Source: Pelomyxa schiedti (lineage: Eukaryota > Protista > Evosea). From it: a stretch of 34,128 nucleotides of DNA. Of the stretch, positions 11,798-23,549 are shown in pieces. Within the stretch, counting starts at the first letter, position 1. Each line of letters starts with the position of its first letter. The notes beneath the pieces were generated by a model. The model had not been told where the DNA came from and searched no databases. It was given only the letters and a program-made list of their open reading frames with translations. The position numbers and the translations under genes were made by a program. The DNA lies in the NCBI GenBank assembly GCA_020536535.1, contig JAHLWZ010000686.1, positions 1 to 34,128 on the forward strand, in the 5' to 3' direction.

Positions 11798-14700
11798 ATG
11801 TCGGCTGGCGCCTCGTCCGACACCAACGAGGAGGAGGTGATACTCTCTTACATCGAGAGCAACCCCCCGCCTCCCCTCGACAATGGCCCCCAGGCACCAC
11901 CTGCCACGCCAACGGAAACAGCGAGGGACCCGGCTCACGATTATGGGTACGAGGNNNNNNNNNNNNNNNNNNNNNNNNNNNNNNNNNNNNNNNNNNNNNN
12001 NNNNNNNNNNNNNNNNNNNNNNNNNNNNNNNNNNNNNNNNNNNNNNNNNNNNNNGAGGTGATACTCTCTTACATCGAGAGCAACCCCCCGCCTCCCCTCG
12101 ACAATGGCCCCCAGGCACCACCTGCCACGCCAACGGAAACAGCGAGGGACCCGGCTCACGATTATGGGTACGAGGGGGAGCTAACCAACGACTACCGCGG
12201 AGGCATCACGGGGAGTGGCGATGACCCATACTACGGCTACACTGACAGCAGCATCCTCGAGTACGACCAGCAAGTGGTGCCGTCGAGTTTCGATGGCAGC
12301 TCTGATCACCAAAGCGAGGCCGTACCCGCTGCCATTGTGGGTTCCTCCTCGGCGACGGATAACCCTGACGGGCTTCATCAGGCTGCGACTACCTCGAATG
12401 GTCCTCATAAAAGTTCCAGTTGCGCACATGTATCACAGAATGGTGCACCACAATGTGGATCCCCTGCTACTCGTGCACTTCCACAACCACCGGTCAGCAA
12501 ATCCGGCAGCGAATGGCATCAAGCAGCGCATAGAGATGGCGCCCCGCGAGAGGGGGGGCGGGTCCAGGACCGGCTCCAATCTTTGCACGCAACGCAGCCG
12601 CAACAGCAACAGGGGCTGCGTGTTTCCGCCGTTGAAAGCGGTGCGAGACCCCTGCCCAGGCCGCCTATGCAAAGTACTAGTACGGTGCAGTGCTCTCAGC
12701 CAACTAGTGCGAAGCCTCGACCATTGCCAGTACCTAAAACTCTAACACAGTCAACACAGTCACAAGTCCAACCTACCATTAATCCCGGGCCCTTGCCAAA
12801 GCCAAAACTTGGAGCTGCGGAAGTGCTCAGCACCGTTCATTCAAAACCTGCCTCGACGCCAACGCCTGCTGCCAATATTTGCAGCACTTCATCTGTACGG
12901 CCGTCTCTAGTTCCTGTCCCCGCTGCCACCACTCAGAACAAAAAAATCTCTCTCTCGGTCTCTGCCCCTCTCAAAGTGCTCCCTCCAGAAAATCCAATAC
13001 CAAAAGCATACTCCTCACCAGATTCACCCTCGCGCCCGAATATAGAGGCATCACAACTTGCTCAATTGGCTCTTATTGCCAGATCTGCTGCTTCTAAAAA
13101 CGGGCAGTCAACGGAAGTACAAGGGCATTCGTTGCCTATTAAAGGGTCATCACCCCCACCTGCAGCCTCTGCAGAAGTGCCACCAGATAAAACAAGCCCA
13201 TCCACTGATGATCTTGATTCTAACCCGTCAGCACTGGTATTTTCATCTCTCCTTGCACAAGTTCGAGCTGCTTTATAGGTTTTTTCTAGTGTATTTAAGA
13301 AAGCATCCCTTCCCAGTTGGGAGGATCAAACTCGGCTTCTTCGACAACTGGCACACTATACAACAGATCAGGTTTGAAGACACAGAGTAGAAACATAAAT
13401 ACTCACAACTTCTCAAGGACGAATACAATAGAAAAGCGTCGGAAATACAAAAAATGGTGCAGTTGTATACTATAATATTAACCTTCACAATCAACTTTCA
13501 CTCATTCTCTCCAAAGGATGAGATGCGAAAAATGTTGGAAGACAAAGAACTTCTGTTTGCCGCTCGCAACATTGCTAAACTTGATGAAATAATCAAGTCG
13601 GCTAGCAGGGGACCCACCACAGTCTCCACTTCAGGGGCACCTCTTACATCACAAATCATCCCTGAGGGTCAGAAGTATCACACAGAAATTTCTTTTGATC
13701 AGCTGAAAGTCGGAGACTTAGTCGGACGGGGAGCTGCTGGCAAAGTTTACAAGTATAGTTGGTTCCACACAGTTTTTTTTTTTTTTTTGATTTCTGTTTG
13801 ACACTCTACAGGGGTGTTTATGAGGGCCAAGAAGTGGCAATTAAACACTATTCTGAAGATAATGTACAATTCAACCTGAAAGATTTTAGAAAGGAAATTG
13901 CCATTATGAGGTCATTTGTTGTGTATTTTTTTTGTTCTTACATTCCCACAGCGTTCTAGATCATGAGAATCTTATACGTTGTATCGGTGCTTGCACCGCG
14001 GATCCACAGCACCTATATATTGTCACACCTCTGTTAAAATTCAGGTTATTTCTAATCTCCAGTGTTAAAAGCCTAACTTTGCAAACAAGTCTCGCATCAT
14101 TTCTAGCACAAAGTAACCCACTCCTTCCCTCTTTTACAAGCAAAATTGGGGATTCACACTGTTAGATGAGATTGATTTGGTTACTTGCCTTGATATCGCT
14201 ATGGGTGTAACTTCTGGGATGTGTTTCTTGCATGCATACCACCTTATTCACCGGGATCTTAAAACGTAATATCTTTACTCGTTTTCATTTTACCCACATT
14301 GATGTTAGTCAAAATATTCTGGTTTGCTTTTCTTCCAATTCCATTTACTCTCTAATAAAGCCAAATCCTGAAAGCTTACAGATACGTTGCAAGTAAAGAT
14401 AATTGGTATTACAAATCTATTTAAAAACTGCGAGAATAACCTGCAACGCAATTTAGATTTTGGTACCTCCAGAATCATAGATACAGCGTCCATGATGACT
14501 ACAAATATTGGGACAGGTTTTCCCCTTTCTTATTTCCCTCTCTTACTTTGTCCTTAGTACAGTACATGGCCCCTGAACTTTTCGGTTTCCTACAACCACC
14601 TTTGAAGGTCTTTTACCTTTTCACACAGAAAATAAAGAGTATACTGAAAAAGCAGATGTGTACGCTTTTGGAATTGGTACGATGTACTATATGAAGTGTC

Positions 14701-16796
14701 CTCACTTTTTACAGTGCTGTGGGAGATTGCATCTGGAGAGCAACCGTACTCTGATAAACCATCTTGGGCCATTCCCGGTTTGTCTTTTTTTACCTTGGAT
14801 CTGGATTGATGTGAAACTAGTGGCAGTAAGTAAAGGAGAACGGCCAAATATATCAAAGACAATGAACTCGGAACTTGCCAAACTTATCAAGTTGAGATCT
14901 TACGTAGAATCAATCTCATACAATATGCAGGGCATGCTGGTCTCTTCTCCCAGCCAAGAGGCCATCATTTACGGATATACGTGCTTCATTGAGAAATATT
15001 TTGCAGGATGTTCGAGACCAACCTATGCTATTAATGGTACACTCTAACTTTCCTGGTAGTTCTTCATACTTACTTTCAATCACAGCCTGCATTTGGGAGA
15101 TGGGAAGTTACTGTATGTAGTATATGTCCTTCCGCCTGTAAACAATAAACAGCAAAGACCTATACAAGGAGACTTGGCCAAAAATTTGTCCAATTACGCA
15201 GCCAGTTCAGAGAAGTGGACGGTACACATTCTCTTGCATTAAAAATATTCCTAACTGCCACAGTTTTCCACTGAAGTCCTTTCTTTTGACTTCAGTAATT
15301 CTAGCACCAATCACCCTGAGACACAGCAATTTGACATCTTCAATAATACGAACTCATCCTTTAAGTACAAGATCGATAAATACACAGATTGTGATCTGAT
15401 TCTGGCCTTTACAAAGGGCTCGGGAACTATCAAACCAGTCAGCCCTCTTTCTCCTGTTTTCTTCTGACGTTTTGCAGCATACACGAAAGATTATTGATGT
15501 GAAAGTGACCGTAAAAATCAAAACCACCAAGTCACTTCGAATTCCAGTCTCCCTTGGAACATCAAAAGACTTCATTGATATTATTATTCGCTGTGATGCT
15601 GGTGTTTTTGGAGTTACGCCATCACTTCTCCCCCAAGGAAAAGAAGATGGTAATTCTGTCTTGTGTCTATGACTCTTCATTCCTCTTTGTATAGACTTGA
15701 AGGTCCCACAGATTTTGGTTGATTTGAAGGCCGCACTAATAAATAATCAAGGTTTACAGAAGGTACTGACCTCTCCAATTCGGGTTCTTCTTTATTTGAT
15801 GCAGGTAAACATTTTCCTGCAAGCTGGTGATGCTGCTGAATTAAAACGCCTCCAGGAGCTTGCCAACCGAGGGGAATTTTCCCCAAAGCTCCCACATAAT
15901 CCTCATGTGATTGCCAACTTGATCAAGGTAAAAAAAAAAACTAATCGAAAGGTTCCCACATACAACCAGGTCTGGTTCAGAACCTTACCACAAGGCTTGA
16001 TGAACAGCATCAGTCCTAATGCGCTTATGGACTCAGTTACAGTACTACAGTGTATGACCGCAATACAACAGTTGGGGCCATACAACATGGTTCTTTTTGA
16101 GTGGCTCCTTCGCTTACTAGTCCTGGTTTGCTCCAACCCCGCTAACAAAACAACCCCGAAGTCCATATGTATGAATCCCCATTCCCCCGCATTCAATTTA
16201 ACTACCGCTCACATAACAACAGCCATCACCATTGCTCCGAATTTATTCTTTGCTCATGACTTAGAGACCACCAAGCTTTCCGGCAAGTGTTCTGACATGA
16301 TTCAAACACTAATACAGGCCCGCATTGCNNNNNNNNNNNNNNNNNNNNNNNNNNNNNNNNNNNNNNNNNNNNNNNNNNNNNNNNNNNNNNNNNNNNNNNN
16401 NNNNNNNNNNNNNNNNNNNNNNNNNNNNCTCACATAACAACAGCCATCACCATTGCTCCGAATTTATTCTTTGCTCATGACTTAGAGACCACCAAGCTTT
16501 CCGGCAAGTGTTCTGACATGATTCAAACACTAATACAGGCCCGCATTGCTGCACCAGCAACCTCAAACAACCAATCCAGCACATCAACAAGCAGTAGCAC
16601 CGGGGCACCAACAAACACAACAACACCCTCAAGCAGCACAGGGGCACCCACATCCACAAGAACAAACAGCACTGGAGCTCCATCACCATCACCATCATCC
16701 ACCTGCCTCAGTACTGGTTCATCACCATCGCCATCGCCATCACCAAGGGTCATTTCTGCAAACAGTAGTGCCAGTACTAGTACTGGAAGTAACTAG
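11798..16796 (+). CDS. TKL-group protein kinase fused to an Ig-like (ASH/MSP-like) beta domain and a RhoGAP-like domain; long Pro-rich N-terminus; about 20 introns; spans two assembly gaps
   Basis: Kinase motifs are intact: VGRGAAGKVY, VAIK, HRDLKTQNIL, DFGTSR, GTVQYMAPE, DVYAFG, CW...KRP. The frame continues through FSTEVLSFDF...FDIFNNTNSSFKYKI into GVFGV...VPQILVDLK...NPHVIANLIKVWFRTLPQGL...NKTTPKSIAITIAPNLF. Confidence 0.88.
11955..12054. other. Scaffold gap (100 N) flanked by an identical 121-bp duplication
   Basis: 11834-11954 is repeated at 12055-12175. Confidence 0.95.
16329..16428. other. Scaffold gap (100 N) flanked by an identical 121-bp duplication
   Basis: 16208-16328 is repeated at 16429-16549. 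Confidence 0.95.
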
Positions 16797-16924
16797 CTTG
16801 TTGTTAATACTTAACCCTTTTTGTTTTGTTGTGTACAAGAGACAGTTTATTTTTTGGCCCTTGCCTTTTACAAGTGAGTAAGATGTGGGAGTGGTGGGTG
16901 AAGTGGTGCTCGTATTGTTGGTTT

Positions 16925-18212
16925 TTAGTGATGCTTCTTCTTGGAGGGTGGTGGTGGTTTTTTAGGAGGAGGGGTTGTTGGAGGAGGAAGAGACACAGGA
17001 GGTGATGGAGTCTTGGCCGGAGGAAATGAGAGAATAACAAGGTCTTCATGACAGAATTCGGCTGGAAGAAAAAATGAGTGAAGGTAAAATGATGCAATGA
17101 GAAGTTACCTTTGCAAAAGGGGCATTTTCCACGATACCGGTGTTGCTTCTTCATGAAATCGTTAGTGGTTGTCCACAGCACTATGGAAGTTAGGAAGAAC
17201 AAAAAGATGGCGGGACTGGAAAAAAACCATGTGCAAGGCACTTGGAACAACATGGGAAGACCTTCATTTTTTGTGGTCCTTTCTGTGCAGAATGTCAAGG
17301 ACTTTGGCAAGTTTGTGTACATAAAAAGGTAATCGCACCTGCACGTACTCGACATGACAACTGGGCTGCCTGCACATGCATGGGTGACCTTCGCACGGGT
17401 AAGGCGTGACACTGCACCCACGAGACAGGGACAGTACATCTATCTCCCCGCCACAAACTGTACACTCGTCCGTTTCACCCTCAGCAACGCTGCTGCTGCT
17501 GTGCGCTGCGGTGGCATCCGGCTTGGCGGTTGCACTACTAGTAGTAGTAGCAGTAGCAGTAGCAGTAGAGGCGCTCGTTGTATGAGAAGAAGATACAGAG
17601 TGTGTCGTAGTCCCTTCACTCGGCGTACTACACTTCGTTTTATAAGAGAATGTACACAACACCAACACATGTATAATTATAAGGTTTATGCATGAATAGG
17701 ATGGGTCACGAAGGGACGCACGGCGACGTGGCGTGGCACGACGGCGACGTCGGCAGTGGTGGCTCAGTCATTACAATGTGACGCGTCGACACCCCCATCA
17801 AGTGGTCATAGAACTCCTCGAAGGTCGCTGGCACCCCCCCGTCGTCCCCCCCTCCTCCCCCCCCTGTCCTAGTGGCACCCCCCGTAGTGCTGCTGCTACT
17901 AGTGGGCGTGGTGGTTGTGGCTGTGGTGGCCGACGACAGTGGCGGGTACGCCCCTCCCCCCCTGCTCCCCCCTCCTGTCGTTGCTGCTGTTGCTGTCGAC
18001 GCGGAGGGGGTCTTGGCTGATGGTGGCGACCGCGGGCGACCCCCCCCGCCGCTGCTACTGCGCGACAGCGACGACGATGTCGGGGATGGCGGGGTGGGTG
18101 ACCGCGGGAGGGCCGAGCCCGACGAAGAGAGCCGAGGCGGCGGTGACCGCCCACGCGTGCCCGACGATGATGACGATGCTATTACGTCGTCCCAGCAGTC
18201 TGCTCCCCACAT
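16925..18212 (-). CDS. Cys-rich RING-like zinc-finger protein with low-complexity N-terminus; about 5 exons
   Basis: Spliced product includes ECTVCGG...GCSVTPYPCEGHPCMCRQPSCH...FPCCSKCLAHVLW...GKCPFCKAEFCHEDL and ends in Pro-rich PPPSKKKHH*. The first intron boundary is uncertain. Confidence 0.7.
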
Positions 18213-18326
18213 TCGAGCGTGTTGGTGTGTTGATTGTGCGCTCTGTGTGACTTCGAAATCGACAGATTGTACTATTATCCTTTCTGGACATGGAACAGAA
18301 AAAAAGGCTCAGGGCTGCGTGTTGGG

Positions 18327-20669
18327 TCAGTCGGTGAAGAGGCAGACCGAGGCCAAGTGGCCGTTGGGGAGGACCTGGTGATATACATGAGTAAGAAGGA
18401 GAATGGTAGGAATGACCGAGGAGGTAGCCCACCTCAAAGATGATGTTCTTGTAGCCGTGGAAGAACGTGGGCCCAAAGGGATTCTCTGTTGAACCGCGGT
18501 TGTTTACTACGGGCTTCCCACATGGTCCGAATATCTGACTCACTTGATCCCACTTGGCGTAGCGGGGGGAACTCGAAGTTAGACAATGGGTGATTGGAAA
18601 TTTGTTGGTGTTACCTTTGTATCTGGTGTGATGGTAGTATATGAGTATGCTGTATTTTGGTAAACTGGAATGAATAGGAAATAAAATGGGATTTACCTGG
18701 TTCATCTTGATCGGTTGGTTCCGGTGCCGCATTAGAACTGCTGGCGTTTGTTTGTGTCCCTTGCGGTGTTTCTTTATTATCGGTCTGAACAGTTGCTTGG
18801 CTTGGTGCTTCTTGTTGGACTGCCTCGGTTTGCGTAGTGGTGGGAGTTTGCGATGTAGAATTTGGGGGAGCGGTGTCTGTTGTGTGTGTCTGTGCTTGCC
18901 GCTGTAGGAGGGTTTGCTTTTGCTGGGTTATTTGTTGCTGTAAGGTTGTTTGCTGCTGTTGCTGTTGCTGGATCATACTCTGTTGTTGCTGTGTAAATTG
19001 CTGAATCAATTGCTGTTGCTGTTGTTGGCTTGTGGCTGATTGCATCATTTGCATGTACTGTTGCTGGAGTTGCAATTGTTGCTGTTGTTGTGTTATCATG
19101 AGCTGTTGGAGGTCAGCCACAAGTTTATCGAGTCGTTGTTGCTCTGGAGTTGGAACTTGGATTGCGAAGTTGCATTTTGTATATCTGGGGACAAAAATTA
19201 ATGTCGCACGCAAAACAAGTGGCCAAAAACCTGTTGAATTCGTAGTGATTTGGAAAATTGCAATGAAGCACAAACTTTCTCACTGTGTGTGCCTGCCAAT
19301 CGAATAGTATGTCAAATCCATAGTCATAATAGTTGTAGAAATAGTCTCCACAGCCTGAGCGATGCGTTGCACCTTTGTAAACGCCACCAGCACCTCCAGA
19401 ACTGGATACATTGGATGAAGCAAGGGAAGGGTTGCTTGCAGAAGTGGAGGATGTGGTGGGCTGCGACTGTGCATTTGGTGAGGATGAAGGTGTTGCAGAT
19501 GGTCCAGATGGCTGGAGATCGCTGTTGTATTGCATTGGTGAGTGAATTTTCATTTTGTCTTCTTCCTTATAGAATATCTCAGAGGGCGCACCGAGATCAC
19601 TCAGAACATCCTGTACGTGTGAAATAAAACAAACGGGGAACTAAGCATACTTGCACAGAGGCAAAGAAGGGAATAACGCAATTCCGCTTCTGAAACCACA
19701 ATCCTTTGGTGATCTTAATTTGATGAATTTGTAGTTTGAGTTCCGTCATAACTTACTTGAACAATGACTTGCTCAAAGTAATGTGAGTCTGGGGGTAATG
19801 GTGGCAAGGTCGGAGAACTAGGGGTGCCATAGAAAAGAGAAATACGAGATGCACTGGGAGAAAATCTGTCTGGAAACTCACATGGGTGCTCTAATCAAAG
19901 TCACTGGTTGGACAACAAAGCTATTCTTAACCGTCTGGAGCATGCTTTGTCAGCAAATGCCGGTATTCGGGTGGTATGTCAAAAATAAAATACAAACCCT
20001 AAGTAGGGTTAGGGTACGTGATGGATGAACCATAAACGCCGACCGGATAGTACAGTGTATACTTTGAGAAGTCACTAGAATAATCCCCGGAATATGTGAG
20101 CCCAACATGCTCATAAATATGTACAAACTTTGGCGGGAACACTTGCGTTCCATCCGTTCTTCCCCTGTAGATATATAAATTACCTTAAGGTCGGAAAATG
20201 CGCGTACAAAGCAACAGATGCATCTTCACAAAACAGCACGCCGTATTTCAACATCACCTTGTGAACTTTATATATTTCCACGGTTTTGAGCCTCTAAATG
20301 ACGTGAGAAGACATGCCCACGTGGAAGCACCACACCACACCTGCGTATCAGGTGTAAATCTGAGTAGGATGCCATTATCAGTCAAGTCCATCAGTATGTC
20401 CTGTGACAGTGGTTCCTGTACAACAATAACATCTCATTTAAAAGTGCACAAAAATCAAAAAAAAAAAAAGTTATGGGATACCTTGTCATTGTACTTGACA
20501 CACACGCTCGTCATCAACCGCGACGATTCCACGATGGCTGACACCTCCTTGAACGATGCCCCTATGTCAGAAATCACTCCCCATCCCATAATAGCACTCA
20601 ACCAAGTGTGCTTCTACCTATCTTGAATGGCCCCGCGCTTACTCCTGGCGTCAGCTCCAACTCCAACAT
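18327..20669 (-). CDS. PHAF1: Phagophore assembly factor 1 (UPF0183/C16orf70 family) with a polyQ-rich insertion; about 12 exons
   Basis: MLELELTPGVSAGPFKIG, EPLSQDILMDL...GILLRF...QRLKTVEI, QDVLSDLGAPSEIFYKEEDKMKIHS, DYFYNYYDYGFDILFD...VRKFVLHCNFPNHYEFNRYTKCNF, NPFGPTFFHGYKNIIFEVLPNGHLASVCLF. Confidence 0.93.
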
Positions 20670-20866
20670 CCTTGCCGTGATGTTTTTTTTTTTTCGAATC
20701 ACTTGTTGGTGGCTCCTGAGGCTTGCTCCTGGATTTACTCTCTCTGAGAATTTATGTGCAAATATCCTCCCCCGTAGCACTCTGCCAGCACCGTTAGTGT
20801 ACTTCCAACTTGGTCCCAGCTTAGTTGAAGAGCAGAATTTTGCACGACGTGCCGATCGAGGAGGTG

Positions 20867-23488
20867 ATGGGCACCGGTGCACGAGTAAAGTTAATCGCAT
20901 CGCCAACGACAACAACAACGCTGTTGGTCTTTGTTGTTGTGGTGGCGCTGGTAGGGGCTGGTGGTTGTGCCTCGTCGTCATATGACATCAGCCACCACCT
21001 GGGCACCAAGACACCCTACCGCCACCCGTCATCACCATCGCCGCGCATACCAGAGGCCCATCTGCTGATGTTGCCCGAGGCAGCCGCCGCCGCCACCACC
21101 ACCACCGGAACCCCGATGCACGAAGAGGTGGTGGTGGGTGACGGCGGCCAGCCGGGGGCGCGCACTGGGGCTGGGGCTGGGGCTGGGGCTGGGGGCGCCG
21201 GTGCTGCTACTACCTCTACGGCGACGGCCCACACCCACCAGCCACGTACAGTACCAGATACAGAGGGAGGTGGGTCACGGTCAAGGGCAGAGGAAGAGGA
21301 AGAGGAAGAGGCTGTGGTTGTGGTACAAGAAGGGAAGGGGGGGAGTTGGTGGCGACCAGAGGATAACGATGGGACGGTGGAGTTGATTGGGGGCGGCAGG
21401 TGCACCCTCGTCAACATACAGACCATCGCACGCCACGGGTCCCGGTACCCCACTGGTCCAACTATCAAGGTACCTCCCTAACCCTAACCCTAATCTTCCC
21501 TGACCCTGCCTGCCTGCCTGCCTGTGATCTGTGATTGCTTCGCTATTTTGGGTGATTCATTGACTCATCTGCCAGCGGTTTTCTCTGTTGGAAGAGACTT
21601 TAATACCACTGCTGAAGGATTCCGCTTTGCCTGATTCCTTGAAGTGGATAAAGGTAATGATGTGATGGAAGAAGTGGAATGGGTATGTTCTGACAGCCAG
21701 ACGGAAGGATTGGACCTCACCTTACACAATGGCCCTTGCTGGTGCACTGAGCGGAATTGGGCAGAGGGAACTCTTCGCCGTTGGGCAGAGATTCTCGCAG
21801 CGGTTCCCGCTGCTTCGCGACTACAACCCAAACACTCATCCCATGCAGTGCACTCACGTATGAGACACCTCCTCTGTTATTACTACTAATCTTTTCCCCA
21901 GAAACCGAGAACATCCCAAAGTGCAACAGCTTTTGGTGCTGGACTGTTCCATACAGGGTGCGAGCCCTCTTCCGATTGTCAGTTTATCCCCTTCTCGATC
22001 TTAAGTGAGAGTGCTTCGCTCGATTATACTCTCAGATTTTTTTCTCTTTGTGATGCTTATCAGACTCAAGTTTGTTTGTTGCCAATCTATGTCTCTAAGT
22101 AACATCAGGTCCACAAAAACGCAAGTACATTTAACGAAGCCAATCTGTATGCTCAAAGCAATCTCCCTACCATCCAGGATAAGATTACACAAAAACTGGG
22201 CAAGTTTTCTTTCTTTTTTCTTCAGGATTTAACTGATCATGTAGGACTCGGCACAAGAATATCAGAGAAAGAGGTTGATACCATCTGGTTCAACAAAAGT
22301 CCCCTCCCTCTTTTTATTTACTTGAAATAGGAGTGCGTGCCAGTTCGATGTTGCTGTACAAGGTACCTCAGATAAGTGGTGCAGTTTATTTGATGAAGAG
22401 GATGTGACTATTCTGGAGTATATCGAAGACCTGGAAAGTTACTGGGAGAGAGTATATATTCTCCGAATTTTCTTTGTTTCGAAACCTCTTCCCCAGGGGT
22501 ACGGTCATAAGATCAACTACCACTGTGCGGCTCCCCTTCTCCAAGAAATTTACAAAATCATGGATGCAACTGTAAATCACGATGTGAACTCCAAGTATTA
22601 CTACACAGCGAAGTCCAGGTGCTTGAAATGTGAAAATATTTCTATAATAAGATATTTTAATCATCTATTCTAATCCCTTTCCTTCAGATTCGCGCATGCT
22701 GAGACTATGCTCCCTCTCTATGCTTTACTGGTGAGTGGTTTTGGCCCCGTTCTTTAGTTAATGCAATATTCAGGGACTATTCCAGGACCCTGAACCTCTC
22801 ACTGCCGCAACTGACCCAACAGCGATTAGGAACCGAAAGTGGAGAGATTCAATCATTGGAACTTTCTGCACTAATGTTGCATTCTTGTTATACAATTGCA
22901 CCACTCCCCCAGCCCACCAATCCGCCGTATCCAACTACTCCTTTGCTGTGAAACTCCTATTCAATGAAAAGGAAATAGCATTTCCAGGTCCAATAGCCTA
23001 TCTTCGCACTCCTTTAACTTTATCACAGGTTGTGAATATGAATTTGAAAGCACCGGGATGTGCCCTTTCACTAAATTCAAGCAAAACTACCTGGAAGCTC
23101 TCAGCATAGACTTTGATGAAATATGTAACCTCACCACATCCCAAATGGAGAGCCTTATATCAAGTGACACTGCAATTGCCGTTGAGGACCAAGGAGACCT
23201 TGCTGTTGACCTTGAAGGCTGGGGTGGTCAAGTAGTACCACCTCACGACGATAGAAACAAGGTTTCCCTTCATTCATCCATCCCTCATCGAAACAAACAA
23301 AATCGGATTGAAATGTCTATGTAACACCCACTGTGCAGGTTGAAATTGGGCAGGGACACCTTTTTGCACCCCAGCCCTCTGACAACACGGAAGAAGAGGA
23401 CAAGAAACGAGAAAAAAAGGAGAAGAAAAGACTCAAGAAGGAGAAAAAGGAGAAGAAGGCCAAGAAAAACAACAAAGAGAAGTTGTAG
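20867..23488 (+). CDS. MINPP1: Multiple inositol polyphosphate phosphatase-like histidine acid phosphatase (branch 2); about 12 exons
   Basis: Hydrophobic leader (LLVFVVVVALVGAGG), LGTKTPY, catalytic RHGSRYP, EYIEDLESYWERGYGHKIN, proton-donor motif RFAHAET, LGLFQD and VKLLFNE. Confidence 0.9.
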
Positions 23489-23549
23489 TCTTCTTCATAC
23501 TCTTGCCTTTTTTTTTTGGGTCTCTATCAAAATTCACAATCAAGCCTCA

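Noticed and set aside
11834-12175. Apparent 121-bp direct repeat in kinase exon 1
   Set aside because: The identical copies flank a 100-N gap, and the same 121-bp length recurs at the second gap. This is best explained as unmerged assembler overlap, not biology.
16208-16549. Apparent duplicated RhoGAP C-terminal exon
   Set aside because: Same gap-flanking 121-bp overlap artefact.
17733-18381. Long overlapping or antisense ORFs in GC-rich low-complexity exons (also 2833-3369, 5372-6149, 21016-21468, 32964-33764)
   Set aside because: These are shadow ORFs caused by stop-poor composition opposite or overlapping real exons.
21476-21493. (CCCTAA)3 telomere-like repeat in a MINPP1 intron; a similar motif lies near 20004
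   Set aside because: Only three units, within a simple-repeat-rich intron, and CTAAC also matches the branch-point motif. There is no evidence of a telomere or fusion.
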